Shown in pieces: positions 27,362 through 36,929 of a DNA stretch of 64,000 nucleotides. The stretch comes from an uncultured Oscillospiraceae bacterium. Its GTDB lineage: Bacteria > Bacillota > Clostridia > Oscillospirales > Ruminococcaceae. Position 1 is the first letter of the stretch; every line of letters begins with the position of its first letter. The translations under genes and the position numbers were made by a program. Below the pieces are notes generated by a model. The model saw only the letters and a program-made list of their open reading frames with translations, did not search any database and was not told the origin of the DNA. The stretch is from positions 2,414-66,413 of the forward strand of contig CAZGFY010000007.1 in assembly GCA_964525015.1 (NCBI GenBank), given 5' to 3'.

Positions 27362-29509
27362 ATGGAAACAATCAAAGTTATTAAAAGAAATGGAAGACAG
27401 GTTGATTTTGATTCAGTGAAAATCGAGCAAGCAATACTAAAAGCGATGAAGTATGGCAGTGGTATTGTACACGAAAGATTAGCAAAAGAAATCGGAGAAA
27501 ACTTTTCAACTGATAAAACAATAATAACTATTAAAGAAATCGAAGACTATGTTTACAAATCATTAGTTGAGGCAGATGATACTCTAACAGCAAAATGCTA
27601 TGAAGCTTATAGAGCAGTTAGAGAATATCAAAGACAAAAAAATACAATTGATAATAAAGTTATTGGACTTATAAATGGTGAGAATAAAGAAGCTTTAATG
27701 GAAAACTCTAATAAGCAAGAACAGTTAATTTCAACTCAAAGAGATTTAGTTGCAGAAGAGGTTTCAAAAGACGTTGCTAAAAGAATGATGCTACCACCAC
27801 ACATTGCACAAGCTCATGATAATGGACTAATTCATATTCACGATTTAGGACATTATTTAAACCCATCTTTTAACTGCTGTTTAGTTAATCTAAAAGATAT
27901 GCTAGAAAACGGAACGGTTATCAACGGAAAATTAATTGAAAAACCAAAAACATTTAGAACTGCTTGCACTATTGCAACTCAAATTATTGCACAAGTTGCA
28001 TCAGGTCAATTTGGCGGACAAACTATTTCACTAGCTCACCTATCACCTTTTGTTAGAATTTCTGAAGAAAAAATCAGAAAACAATTAATAAAAGAATGGG
28101 GAGATAATGGATTTAGCTATACGCCTGAGCAATTAAAAAATGCTGTTGAAATAAGATTAAAAGAAGAAGTAAAATCTGGTATTCAAACAATTCAATACCA
28201 AGTTAACACTCTTCAAACTTCAAACGGGCAAAGCCCATTTTTAAGCGTGTTTATGTATATTTCAGAATATCCAGAATACGAAAAAGAAACAGTGATGCTT
28301 ATAAAAGAAGTGTTAGAGCAAAGAATTCAAGGCATTAAAAATGAAGTGGGTGCTTGGATTACTCCAGCATTCCCAAAACTTCTATATGTTACAGATGAAA
28401 ATAATATACACGAAGATAGTCAGTATTATGAATTAACTCAAATTGCTTCTGTTTGCGTTTCAAAAAGAATGATGCCAGACTTTATTAGTGCAAAACACAT
28501 GAAGCAAAACTATGAAGGAAATGTTTTTGGCTGTATGGGTTGTAGAGCATGGCTTTCACCATATACAGGTGATATTAATAACGTTGAAGGTGAATACAGA
28601 TGGTATGGCAGATTTAATATGGGCGTAACATCTTTAAATCTTGCCGATGTTGGGCTTTCAGCGCAAGGCGATATTAAAAAATTCTGGAATATTCTTGAGG
28701 ATAGATTAGATTTAGTTAAAGAAAGCTTAATGCTAAGATATGATAAGCTAAAAGATATCACAAGCGATGTTTCTCCAATCCACTGGCAACACGGGGCAAT
28801 TGCTCGACTTAAAAAGCATGAGCCAATCGGACCACTTCTTCAAGATGGATATGCAACTATTACTCTAGGCTATATCGGATTATACGAATGTGTTTTAGGA
28901 TTAATCGGCGAAAGCCATACAACCCAAAAAGGTGAAGCGCTTGCAGTTGATATCATGAATCACTTAAAAGCTAAAATTGTTCTTTGGAAACGCCAAACAG
29001 GGCTTGGATTTGCTTTATACGGAACACCAAGTGAAAGTTTAACTGAAAGATTTGCAAAATGCCTAAGAGCTCGTTTTGGTGTAATTGAAGGGATAACTGA
29101 TAGAGATTATCTAACAAACTCATACCATGTATTTGTTGGAGAAGAAATAGATGCATTTGAAAAATTAAAATTTGAATCTAAATTCCAGCAAATATCTTCA
29201 GGAGGTGCAATTAGCTATGTTGAACTTCCAAACCTTGCAAACAATCCTGAAGTTATCCTAAATTTAATTAAATATATGTATGATAACGTTCAGTATGCTG
29301 AAATGAATACAAAGCTTGATTTCTGTATGGAGTGTGGATATGAAGGCGAAATTCTTTGCGATGAAAAATTAGAATGGTATTGTCCAAACTGCTCAAATAG
29401 AGATAGAGATAGAATGAACGTTGTTAGAAGAACTTGCGGATACCTTGGCGAAAACTACTGGAACGAAGGCAGAACTCAAGAGATAAAAGAAAGAGTAATG
29501 CATTTATAA
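27362..29509 (+). CDS. nrdD: Anaerobic ribonucleoside-triphosphate reductase
   Basis: N-terminal ATP-cone (VIKRNGRQVDFDSVKI), a C-terminal Zn-ribbon (CMECGYEGE ... CPNCSN) and the glycyl-radical motif RRTCGYLG. Confidence 0.95.
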   Translation: METIKVIKRNGRQVDFDSVKIEQAILKAMKYGSGIVHERLAKEIGENFSTDKTIITIKEIEDYVYKSLVEADDTLTAKCYEAYRAVREYQRQKNTIDNKVIGLINGENKEALMENSNKQEQLISTQRDLVAEEVSKDVAKRMMLPPHIAQAHDNGLIHIHDLGHYLNPSFNCCLVNLKDMLENGTVINGKLIEKPKTFRTACTIATQIIAQVASGQFGGQTISLAHLSPFVRISEEKIRKQLIKEWGDNGFSYTPEQLKNAVEIRLKEEVKSGIQTIQYQVNTLQTSNGQSPFLSVFMYISEYPEYEKETVMLIKEVLEQRIQGIKNEVGAWITPAFPKLLYVTDENNIHEDSQYYELTQIASVCVSKRMMPDFISAKHMKQNYEGNVFGCMGCRAWLSPYTGDINNVEGEYRWYGRFNMGVTSLNLADVGLSAQGDIKKFWNILEDRLDLVKESLMLRYDKLKDITSDVSPIHWQHGAIARLKKHEPIGPLLQDGYATITLGYIGLYECVLGLIGESHTTQKGEALAVDIMNHLKAKIVLWKRQTGLGFALYGTPSESLTERFAKCLRARFGVIEGITDRDYLTNSYHVFVGEEIDAFEKLKFESKFQQISSGGAISYVELPNLANNPEVILNLIKYMYDNVQYAEMNTKLDFCMECGYEGEILCDEKLEWYCPNCSNRDRDRMNVVRRTCGYLGENYWNEGRTQEIKERVMHL

Positions 29510-29524
29510 TATTTAAAAAAATAA

Positions 29525-29563
29525 ATACTACAAAAGGGGCGATTTCGCCCTTTTTGTAGTATT
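29525..29563 (+). terminator. Intrinsic terminator/attenuator between nrdD and nrdG
   Basis: GC core GGGGCG-ATTT-CGCCC followed by TTTTT. Flanking A/T tracts extend the stem to ~18 bp. Confidence 0.65.
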
Positions 29564-29592
29564 AAAATATTGTATAAAGGAATATAAAAGGT

Positions 29593-30084
29593 ATGAACTA
29601 TGCACAGATAAGACAATTTGATGTAGCAAATGGAGTTGGAATTCGCTCAACTTTATTTGTTAGTGGATGTCATTTTAAATGTGAAAATTGTTTCAATGAA
29701 GAATATTGGTCCTATACTTATGGTCAAAAATACACCGATGAGGTAATGGAGAGTTATATTAAAATGGGAGAAAACAAAAATGTTGAGGGGTATTCTATTT
29801 TAGGTGGCGAACCAATGGGGCAAAATGATGATATGGTTTTAAAAACGGTTAAAACTATAAAAGAGAGAACTGGTAAAAGTATTTGGATGTGGACAGGCTA
29901 TTTATTCGAAGAGTTAAACGAAAAGCAAAAAGAAATACTAAAATATATAGATGTTTTAAAAGATGGTCAGTTTATAGAAGAAAAAAAAGATTTAACCTTA
30001 TTATTTAGGGGAAGTAGTAATCAAAGATTAATTGATGTTAAAAAAAGTTTAGAAGAAAATAAAGTTGTGCTTTGGCACAGATAA
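29593..30084 (+). CDS. nrdG: Anaerobic ribonucleotide reductase activating protein (radical SAM)
   Basis: [10 protein letters not shown] (CxxxCxxC cluster), ~160 aa, directly downstream of nrdD. Confidence 0.9.
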   Translation: MNYAQIRQFDVANGVGIRSTLFVSGCHFKCENCFNEEYWSYTYGQKYTDEVMESYIKMGENKNVEGYSILGGEPMGQNDDMVLKTVKTIKERTGKSIWMWTGYLFEELNEKQKEILKYIDVLKDGQFIEEKKDLTLLFRGSSNQRLIDVKKSLEENKVVLWHR

Positions 30085-30100
30085 AATAGGGGAAACAAAA

Positions 30101-30529
30101 ATGGAAATTAAAATTAAATATTTCAGTGATGATATAGAAAAAGTAAAGCCAATTTCAAAAGGGGATTGGATAGATTTAAGAGCAAGTGAGAGTGTTGAAT
30201 TAAAGCAGGGAGAATTTCGCTTAATTCCACTAGGTGTAGCAATGGAGCTTCCAAAAGGATATGAAGCTCATATTCTGCCACGCTCTTCAACATTTAAGAA
30301 CTTTGGAATTATCCAAACAAATTCAATGGGAATTGTTGATAATTCATATTGTGGAGATAATGATCAGTGGTTTTTTCCAGCGTTTGCTTTAAGAGATACA
30401 AAAATAGAAAAAAATGATAGAATTTGCCAGTTTAGAATAATGAGTATTCAAGAGCCTGTTAATATAAATTTCGTTGAGAGTTTAGATAATGAAGATAGAG
30501 GTGGGCACGGCTCAACTGGAGTTAAATAA
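30101..30529 (+). CDS. dut: dUTP diphosphatase
   Basis: dUTPase motifs [24 protein letters not shown] and C-terminal RGGHGSTG. The ORF-track TTG 30065 overlaps nrdG. ATG 30101 is preferred. Confidence 0.85.
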   Translation: MEIKIKYFSDDIEKVKPISKGDWIDLRASESVELKQGEFRLIPLGVAMELPKGYEAHILPRSSTFKNFGIIQTNSMGIVDNSYCGDNDQWFFPAFALRDTKIEKNDRICQFRIMSIQEPVNINFVESLDNEDRGGHGSTGVK

Positions 30530-30637
30530 ATTATGAAATATTTGGATTTTCCTATATTTACTTGAAAAGTATTAGAAAAAATGATATAATTATATCCTAA
30601 ATTATTACTAAATTTAAAAATAAAAAAGTAGAAAGGG

Positions 30638-31852
30638 ATGGTATTAGTTATGATTACAAGAACATATGTAATTGGTTTTATTTTATTTTTTATACATTCC
30701 TATTTATTTACACTTTTAGCAAAAAACTACACGGATAAAGAAAGATTTCCAGTCTTTGTAAGGATTGCAGTTTGCATTTTTAATGCCTGCCTATCGGGAT
30801 TTATTATAAATTTGCTTTTTGAAAATCAATCTTTAGCTTATACGATTATATCAATAATAATTATAGCTGAAGTTATATTTTTATTTGAAGATCATATCTG
30901 GGGGCTAGTAGGGATAGCCTTTAGCATTTTAATACATTTTTCGGCAAGCCGTTCGATAATTTTAGGCACACACTCTATTTTTATAGATAATTCAATGTAT
31001 AATATTGTAAATTCTTACGATTTATCCTTATTAAATACATACCTAGTTATAGCTTTTCATATTATGCTAATTTTTACAGTTATAGTGGTTATTCCAGTTT
31101 CGGCTGTTAGAGTTATTGTGAAAAGTCGTGTGTTTTTGCCTTATATTTTAATTATTATGCTGGTGCTACAAGCGTTCTTTATATTTAATGTTACAATATT
31201 TAGTATTAATATACACAATAATGAGCTAACTCTTCAGCAAATAATTCTTCCTTGTTTACTGCTTGGAATATTCTATGTTGTTTTGATATTTATGATAATG
31301 CTAATAAAAGCAGAAAATTATCGGAAAATAATAGCAGAACTTGAAAGCAAAACAGAGATAGATGAATTAACAGGTGCATATAATAAAGCAGCCATTAAAA
31401 CAAGGGTTTCACAAAGCTTAAACGATGGAAAAATGGGCGCATTATTCGTTTTTGATATAGATAATTTCAAATCTATAAACGATACTCTAGGGCACGCATA
31501 CGGAGATAAAATGCTAAGTGAGGTACACGAAAGTATTAAATCAATCGTTAGAAGAGAAGATTTTATAGGCAGATTTGGCGGCGATGAATTCGTAGTGTTT
31601 GTAAAAGAATGTGTAGATGTTGAAAAGATATCTAGAATTGGTTCGGCTTTCTGTCGTGTGCTTGAAAAAATTCACACTAGCCCTACTGGAGAAGATATTA
31701 TTGTTTCAGCATCTATTGGAATTGCAGTTTCTCCAAAAGACGGAAAAACTTACGATGAACTTTTTATAAATGCAGATACAGCATTATATATATCAAAAAA
31801 TAAAGGCAAGAATACATTTACTATATATGAAAAAGGAATGAAAGCCTTTTAA
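30638..31852 (+). CDS. Membrane-bound diguanylate cyclase (multi-TM N-terminus + GGDEF)
   Basis: About 7 TM segments, then RRED-FIGRF-GGDEF (I-site plus active site). ATG 30650 is the more likely start. Confidence 0.85.
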   Translation: MVLVMITRTYVIGFILFFIHSYLFTLLAKNYTDKERFPVFVRIAVCIFNACLSGFIINLLFENQSLAYTIISIIIIAEVIFLFEDHIWGLVGIAFSILIHFSASRSIILGTHSIFIDNSMYNIVNSYDLSLLNTYLVIAFHIMLIFTVIVVIPVSAVRVIVKSRVFLPYILIIMLVLQAFFIFNVTIFSINIHNNELTLQQIILPCLLLGIFYVVLIFMIMLIKAENYRKIIAELESKTEIDELTGAYNKAAIKTRVSQSLNDGKMGALFVFDIDNFKSINDTLGHAYGDKMLSEVHESIKSIVRREDFIGRFGGDEFVVFVKECVDVEKISRIGSAFCRVLEKIHTSPTGEDIIVSASIGIAVSPKDGKTYDELFINADTALYISKNKGKNTFTIYEKGMKAF

Positions 31853-31870
31853 AAAGCTAATATTAAATAA

Positions 31871-31911
31871 AAAAATGCAATGTGTAATCATAATATCACA
31901 TTGCATTTTTA
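31871..31911 (+). terminator. Intrinsic terminator
   Basis: AAAAATGCAATGTG / CACATTGCATTTTT stem plus T-run. Confidence 0.8.
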
Positions 31912-32091
31912 TTATTAATAAAATATTCATAGATTAGCAATTTATTTATAAATTTGATAATATATAATTAAGATATAAACTCACTAAACTCTTTTAATTA
32001 AAAGTATCTTTTAAGATTAAAAATTTATTTATATTTTAATTAAAGGTATTTAGTTTACTCATTTAATATTATAGAAAGGCTGGGAGTTAGT

Positions 32092-32337
32092 ATGAAAGGT
32101 ATAACATTTGATTTGCAAATAAGGGTAGCGCTTATAATTGGTGTGATTGGTTTTATTATGGCAATTGTAACACAGAATAGTATAGTTTTAAATTTAGCTT
32201 GTGTATTTTATGGTATGATGTTTGTAACTAATCCTGTTGTGCCAGATATAATGCTAAAATACAAGAATTCACAAAGAATGGTTAGATTATTTGGGGTTAT
32301 AATTGTTGCACTAGCTATTTTAATTAAATTTAATTAG
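32092..32337 (+). CDS. Small hypothetical membrane protein (81 aa, 3 TM)
   Basis: GGGAG SD 8 nt upstream. Three hydrophobic segments. No family recognised. Confidence 0.5.
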   Translation: MKGITFDLQIRVALIIGVIGFIMAIVTQNSIVLNLACVFYGMMFVTNPVVPDIMLKYKNSQRMVRLFGVIIVALAILIKFN

Positions 32338-32346
32338 ATTTTAAAT

Positions 32347-32380
32347 TAAAAAATCCGATTTTTAAAAATCGGATTTTTTA
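32347..32380. terminator. Bidirectional terminator
   Basis: ATCCGATTT-TTAA-AAATCGGAT hairpin flanked by A- and T-runs. Confidence 0.8.
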
Positions 32381-32388
32381 GTTATAGA

Positions 32389-33498
32389 TTAATCATTAAA
32401 TAAATTGATTTTAGGAATATCTCTATCATTAACAAAGGTTTCGGTATTGTATAAAAATAATATATTTGTAAAATCTTCTTTTTTTATTATAGCATCAAGC
32501 CCTTCGTTTAAATATCGTAAATCAATAACGTGTATTTTAGCAAAATCTTCAGTTAAAAAAGGAACAAAAGAATTTGCATAGCTATCTTTAATAACTAATA
32601 TACTACCCTCGCCATTGCCTTGGATTTCAGAATATCCAGCATTACCTCTTAAAAACATTGAATATTTATCACGAGTTTCAAGTTTTTCGATTTCATAAAT
32701 ACTATCAGTGTTTTCGCCGATAGTTATCATAGCATTATTCTCTATATAGCTTAAAGTATCAGGGATAACATTAAATGATTTTGCTTTAGAATAGTGCGTA
32801 CCTAAAAAGTTTTCAACATTTATTAGTTCCGTTGTCGATAAATCACGGGGCTCTCTATTAATACTAAGCATATAATCACTATATGCATAATATGCACCAA
32901 GAGTTGTCCAGTGATGATCGGTGCGATAGTAGATGTATTCATCATTCTTACTTTGAAGTAAGGCTAGTAAATCGATTGAATTTTCTTTTGGGATAATATT
33001 GTAAACAGTATCAAGAACTAGCTGATTATCAATAACTGGTGAATGAGATTTAACGTTTTCAATCATAACACCAGGTGCTGTTGGTGCAAGTGCAACAATT
33101 ATATTTCTATCGGAGTGTCTTTTAATAAATTCATTGATAGCATTAGCATTTTTATTAGTTAGCTCTAAATCAAGACTGCTCATTTTTGTGAACATATATC
33201 CATCAGTTCCATAAACAATATTATTGTTTTCACCTTTTAAAAGAAGTGATTCCGAAACGCTTTTAAGTGAAATCCAGCTATTTCTTAAAATGAAATGGTC
33301 AGTTGTGAATTCTTCGATTTTTGGGGTGTATTCGTTCTCGATTAAATCATTTAAAGAGAATTTAGGGAAATCAGAAAGCTCTCTATTTTCAAGCTCAGAA
33401 CGCTCATAAGTAGGAGAAAATAAATCCATAACACTAATTGCATAAAGTAAAGCTGCAAAAAAGATAATCAAAGGATATTTTTTTAAAGTTTGTATCAT
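32389..33498 (-). CDS. DHHW-family protein (membrane-anchored, SGNH/AlgX-like partner of MBOAT)
   Basis: N-terminal TM anchor and the family-defining motif YYRTDHHWTTLGAYYAY. Lies immediately downstream of an MBOAT gene. Confidence 0.8.
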   Translation of the reverse strand: MIQTLKKYPLIIFFAALLYAISVMDLFSPTYERSELENRELSDFPKFSLNDLIENEYTPKIEEFTTDHFILRNSWISLKSVSESLLLKGENNNIVYGTDGYMFTKMSSLDLELTNKNANAINEFIKRHSDRNIIVALAPTAPGVMIENVKSHSPVIDNQLVLDTVYNIIPKENSIDLLALLQSKNDEYIYYRTDHHWTTLGAYYAYSDYMLSINREPRDLSTTELINVENFLGTHYSKAKSFNVIPDTLSYIENNAMITIGENTDSIYEIEKLETRDKYSMFLRGNAGYSEIQGNGEGSILVIKDSYANSFVPFLTEDFAKIHVIDLRYLNEGLDAIIKKEDFTNILFLYNTETFVNDRDIPKINLFND

Positions 33499-33516
33499 AT
33501 AAATTTCCTCCTTTAA

Positions 33517-34899
33517 TTAAAATCTAAAATAAATAAATGGGTTATAGCTAGAATCTACAAGATATGCGATTGATATAAAGAATATAAAGGTTAAAACAAT
33601 TCCCATAACTATATTATTATCTTTGTATTTCTCATAAAATTTCATTGGAAGTGTTGTAGATAATAATACACCAATCACAATACTAATAATATAGCTAGAG
33701 AAATAATAAGTAGCACTAATACCATTAGTAGGGATAAATAATCTAGCAATAAAGGTTTGTAGCATTGATAAATCAGTTATATAAAATAGTGCCCAGCCAA
33801 CTAAGAATGCAAGAATAGTGTAAACTCGTGCAAATATTTTATGCTTTTCTAAAAAAGATAGTAGGAAAGCTTTTTCAATAGCTAAAAGGATAAAATAATA
33901 TAGCCCCCAAAGTATAAAGTTCCAATCGGCACCATGCCAAAAACCTGTTAAAAACCACACAACAAGCATATTAAAAACCTGTCTTTTAAGGCCTTTTCTA
34001 TTACCACCTAGTGGGATATAAACATACTCTCTAAACCATCCACCTAAAGTCATATGCCATCTTCTCCAAAATTCAGTGATACTTTTTGAAATATAAGGCA
34101 GATTAAAGTTTTGAGGGAAATCAAAGCCAAGCATCTTGCCCAGCCCGATTGCCATTAATGAGTAGCCAGAGAAATCAAAATAAATTTGAAGTGCATAAGC
34201 TATAATTCCAAGCCAAGCAAGTGGAGTTGAGATATTATCAAATCCTAAAAGCTCGATATCCGTCCATAAAGCGCCAACATTATTAGCAATTAAAACTTTT
34301 TTTCCAAGGCCGAATATAAATAGCTTTATCCCTTCGTTTATCCCATCAAGGGTTATTCTATTTTTATTATTATTTAATTTTTCGTTTATATCAGTGTATT
34401 TAACGATAGGCCCTGCTATTAACTGCGGAAACATTGTTACAAAGGCAGAAAAATTGATAATATTTTTTTCAGCTTTTACCTTACCACAGTATACATCAAT
34501 AGTATATGACATTGTTTGGAAGGTGTAAAAAGAAATGCCAAGTGGCAGAGTGATTTTAAGTAAGTCAAAATCTGTTCCAGCAAAGGTATTTAAATTAGTA
34601 AGGAAGAAATCGGTGTATTTGAAAAATAAAAGCATTCCTAAATTAAAAACCATAGAAAAAAGCAGTGCAAATTTTCTAATATTTTGTTTATCAGAATTTT
34701 TTTCAATAACCTGTCCACAAGTAAAATCAACTATTGTGCTAGCTAGCATAATAGGAAAGTACTTAACCTCTCCCCAAGAGTAGAATATTAAACTGAATAT
34801 TGTTATTGTAACATTCTTATATTTATATGGAAGAATGTAGTAGAGCAAAAGAACAATAGGCAAAAACCTAAAAATAAAAAATATATTACTAAAAACCAA
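33517..34899 (-). CDS. MBOAT-family O-acyltransferase (AlgI/DltB/PatA-like)
   Basis: FWRRWHMTLGGWFREYVYIPLGGNR and GFWHGADWNFILWG, the conserved His-containing MBOAT blocks. Polytopic. Confidence 0.9.
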   Translation of the reverse strand: MVFSNIFFIFRFLPIVLLLYYILPYKYKNVTITIFSLIFYSWGEVKYFPIMLASTIVDFTCGQVIEKNSDKQNIRKFALLFSMVFNLGMLLFFKYTDFFLTNLNTFAGTDFDLLKITLPLGISFYTFQTMSYTIDVYCGKVKAEKNIINFSAFVTMFPQLIAGPIVKYTDINEKLNNNKNRITLDGINEGIKLFIFGLGKKVLIANNVGALWTDIELLGFDNISTPLAWLGIIAYALQIYFDFSGYSLMAIGLGKMLGFDFPQNFNLPYISKSITEFWRRWHMTLGGWFREYVYIPLGGNRKGLKRQVFNMLVVWFLTGFWHGADWNFILWGLYYFILLAIEKAFLLSFLEKHKIFARVYTILAFLVGWALFYITDLSMLQTFIARLFIPTNGISATYYFSSYIISIVIGVLLSTTLPMKFYEKYKDNNIVMGIVLTFIFFISIAYLVDSSYNPFIYFRF

Positions 34900-34932
34900 A
34901 ACGGTACCTCACTTAATTTTAATATTTAAAAA

Positions 34933-34952
34933 GACGGAGAAAAAACTCCGTC
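34933..34952 (-). terminator. Hairpin between the lipoprotein gene and the MBOAT gene
   Basis: GACGGAG-AAAAAA-CTCCGTC. On the minus strand it is followed by TTTTTAAATATT. Probably attenuating rather than absolute. Confidence 0.5.
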
Positions 34953-34965
34953 CTTTATTATACTA

Positions 34966-35550
34966 TTATTTAAAGAATTCATCAATAGCTATATCGATAT
35001 TTTCATAAACTTCATCAATATTTACTTCTGTATTATCAGCTAAATCAACAGCTACAACAAATATAACATAATTACCCTTAGAAACAATCCTTGCATTTTC
35101 AATTTTTTCAAATAGACTAGGGAAATCAGCAGCGTATAATTCTTGTGAAGATATTAGATAATCTTTATAATCATTTAAAATAGTTTCAACTTCGCCAGCT
35201 TTTCCTTCATTTGCTTCCACAACTAAGTTTATACCAGCACCAGGCTCTAGTTTTAGTATTGTTCCAGCAAATGATTTATATAAAGATGAATCTAATCCCA
35301 TAACCACTAGATTATCTTCAACCATAGCAGCAGTGTAATCATTCATAACATTTGCAGTGTTAATTGCAGCGAGTGCATCATTCACATCGTATGGTGAATC
35401 TTGAGTGGTTTCTGTTGCATCTTCTGTTTGAGTGCTTTCAGTTGTTGTTTGCGTTGTATCTTCGCTAGTTGTTTCTTCTTCAGAGGAAGAGCAAGCAGTT
35501 AACGTTAAAAGCATAGTAGCCACAAGGCTAAGTGCAATAAATTTTTTCAT
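34966..35550 (-). CDS. DUF4358-like lipoprotein
   Basis: The start is taken at ATG 35550 (MKKFIALSLVATMLLTLTAC, lipobox). A Thr/Glu-rich linker, then a domain resembling my recollection of DUF4358 (VVEANEGKAGEVETILNDYKDYL ... ARIVSKGNYVIFVVA). Unverified. Confidence 0.55.
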   Translation of the reverse strand: MKKFIALSLVATMLLTLTACSSSEEETTSEDTTQTTTESTQTEDATETTQDSPYDVNDALAAINTANVMNDYTAAMVEDNLVVMGLDSSLYKSFAGTILKLEPGAGINLVVEANEGKAGEVETILNDYKDYLISSQELYAADFPSLFEKIENARIVSKGNYVIFVVAVDLADNTEVNIDEVYENIDIAIDEFFK

Positions 35551-35647
35551 ATATTTAAAGGCTCCTTGAATTTTTGTTATTAATATATTTGGCATATTTA
35601 ATTATAATATGCACAAAATAAGAAATTTGTAAAAAAATAATATTTAA

Positions 35648-36127
35648 TTAGTTTGCATTATTTTCAATTAAGCTTGTTTCACTTTCGCCTGAGTATGCAT
35701 TTAGCATAGCTTGAGTAGCTAAAGCTTTAAAGCTATCAGTTGCATCAGTAGCACCAGCCACAACGTCTATACTATCAACTGATTCTCCAGCTATAAATTG
35801 ATTAATTAAATCCTGATTGTATTTTGCAGGATATGTACCTATATGGGCAGCTTCCATTTGAGCTTTATAAGATTCATCTTCGCTTTTTAATTCTCCATCT
35901 TCATTAAGAGAATCAAAAACAACTTGTGATAATTCACTATCTGTAACTGTAACTTCGATATAATCTTTCCAGCCAAGAGAGTCGTAATCGCTGAATTCAA
36001 CACGGTAAGTGCCATCTACTAATTCGATTTCTGAAAGCTCAACATTTGAAATATCAGCACCAGCACAGCCAGTTAAAAAAGAAACAGATAGTGCAAAAGA
36101 TGAAACTAAAGTAATAATTTTTTTCAT
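35648..36127 (-). CDS. FMN-binding-domain lipoprotein
   Basis: Lipobox LTGC and the FMN_bind flavinylation-type motif DVVAGATDATDSF near the C-terminus. Confidence 0.7.
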   Translation of the reverse strand: MKKIITLVSSFALSVSFLTGCAGADISNVELSEIELVDGTYRVEFSDYDSLGWKDYIEVTVTDSELSQVVFDSLNEDGELKSEDESYKAQMEAAHIGTYPAKYNQDLINQFIAGESVDSIDVVAGATDATDSFKALATQAMLNAYSGESETSLIENNAN

Positions 36128-36303
36128 AATATAGTAATTCCTTTGTTAGAATATTTTTATTTGTAAATTTAGTGTAAAAAATACACTGCTAATATTATAT
36201 ATTTTTTAACAAAAAAAGTCAATTTTTTAACAGTGTTTTGTAATAAAAGCGTAACTTTATTACCACAAACTATAATATATAGCACAAACAAATGCCGTAA
36301 AGC

Positions 36304-36332
36304 TTGACATAATGCCCTAAAAAAATTAAAAT
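36304..36332 (+). promoter_or_regulatory. Candidate promoter for Gx-transporter/groESL transcription
   Basis: TTGACA 36304-36309, a 17-nt spacer, TAAAAT 36327-36332. Confidence 0.35.
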
Positions 36333-36401
36333 ATTATATAGTTATTATTTTAGCTTAATAAAATAGCTTAAAGAAGAATTTAATAAAGAATTGAGTGTAA
36401 G

Positions 36402-36899
36402 ATGAGAAAAACAAAAAAAATCACAACAATTGCAATGCTTTTTGCATTAGCTATGGTGCTATCGCTTTTTGAGGGGATGATTGTGCCATTATTTGCTTTG
36501 CCTCCAGGGATAAAACTCGGGCTTGCAAATATAGTTGTTATGTATTGTATGGTTTATATAGGATTTTCAAGTGCATTACAATTAAATTTATTAAAGGCAA
36601 TATTTGTGCTTATAACAAGAACTCCAACATCAGGCTTTTTAAGCCTTTTAGGCGGCGTGTTCTCGCTATTGATAATGGTCTTATTAAGTAAATTATTAAA
36701 AGATAAAATCAACTACTATACTTTATCAGTGTTTGGAGCTTTATTTTTTAATATAGGACAGCTTATAGGTGCATCTATTATATTAAGCAGCCCTTTTACG
36801 ATTTATTATCTTCCAGTTTTGGCTGTTTCAGCAGTGGTAACTGGAATTGTCACGGGTGCAATATTAACTGTTGTAATACCAGCATTAAAAAAGTTTTAA
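36402..36899 (+). CDS. Gx transporter family protein (Hpre_diP_synt_I-like small membrane protein)
   Basis: 165 aa, about 5 TM, GIKLGLANIVV motif. Resembles the family formerly called heptaprenyl diphosphate synthase component I (from recollection). Confidence 0.6.
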   Translation: MRKTKKITTIAMLFALAMVLSLFEGMIVPLFALPPGIKLGLANIVVMYCMVYIGFSSALQLNLLKAIFVLITRTPTSGFLSLLGGVFSLLIMVLLSKLLKDKINYYTLSVFGALFFNIGQLIGASIILSSPFTIYYLPVLAVSAVVTGIVTGAILTVVIPALKKF

Positions 36900-36929
36900 A
36901 TTAAATATAATATAAAGGAGTATTAAATT

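Noticed and set aside
36170-36193. CIRCE-like element TTAGTGTA-N5-TACACTGCTAA
   Set aside because: The arms (AGTGTA/TACACT) and spacing differ from TTAGCACTC-N9-GAGTGCTAA. The element lies next to the minus-strand FMN-binding lipoprotein gene, over 700 bp from groES.
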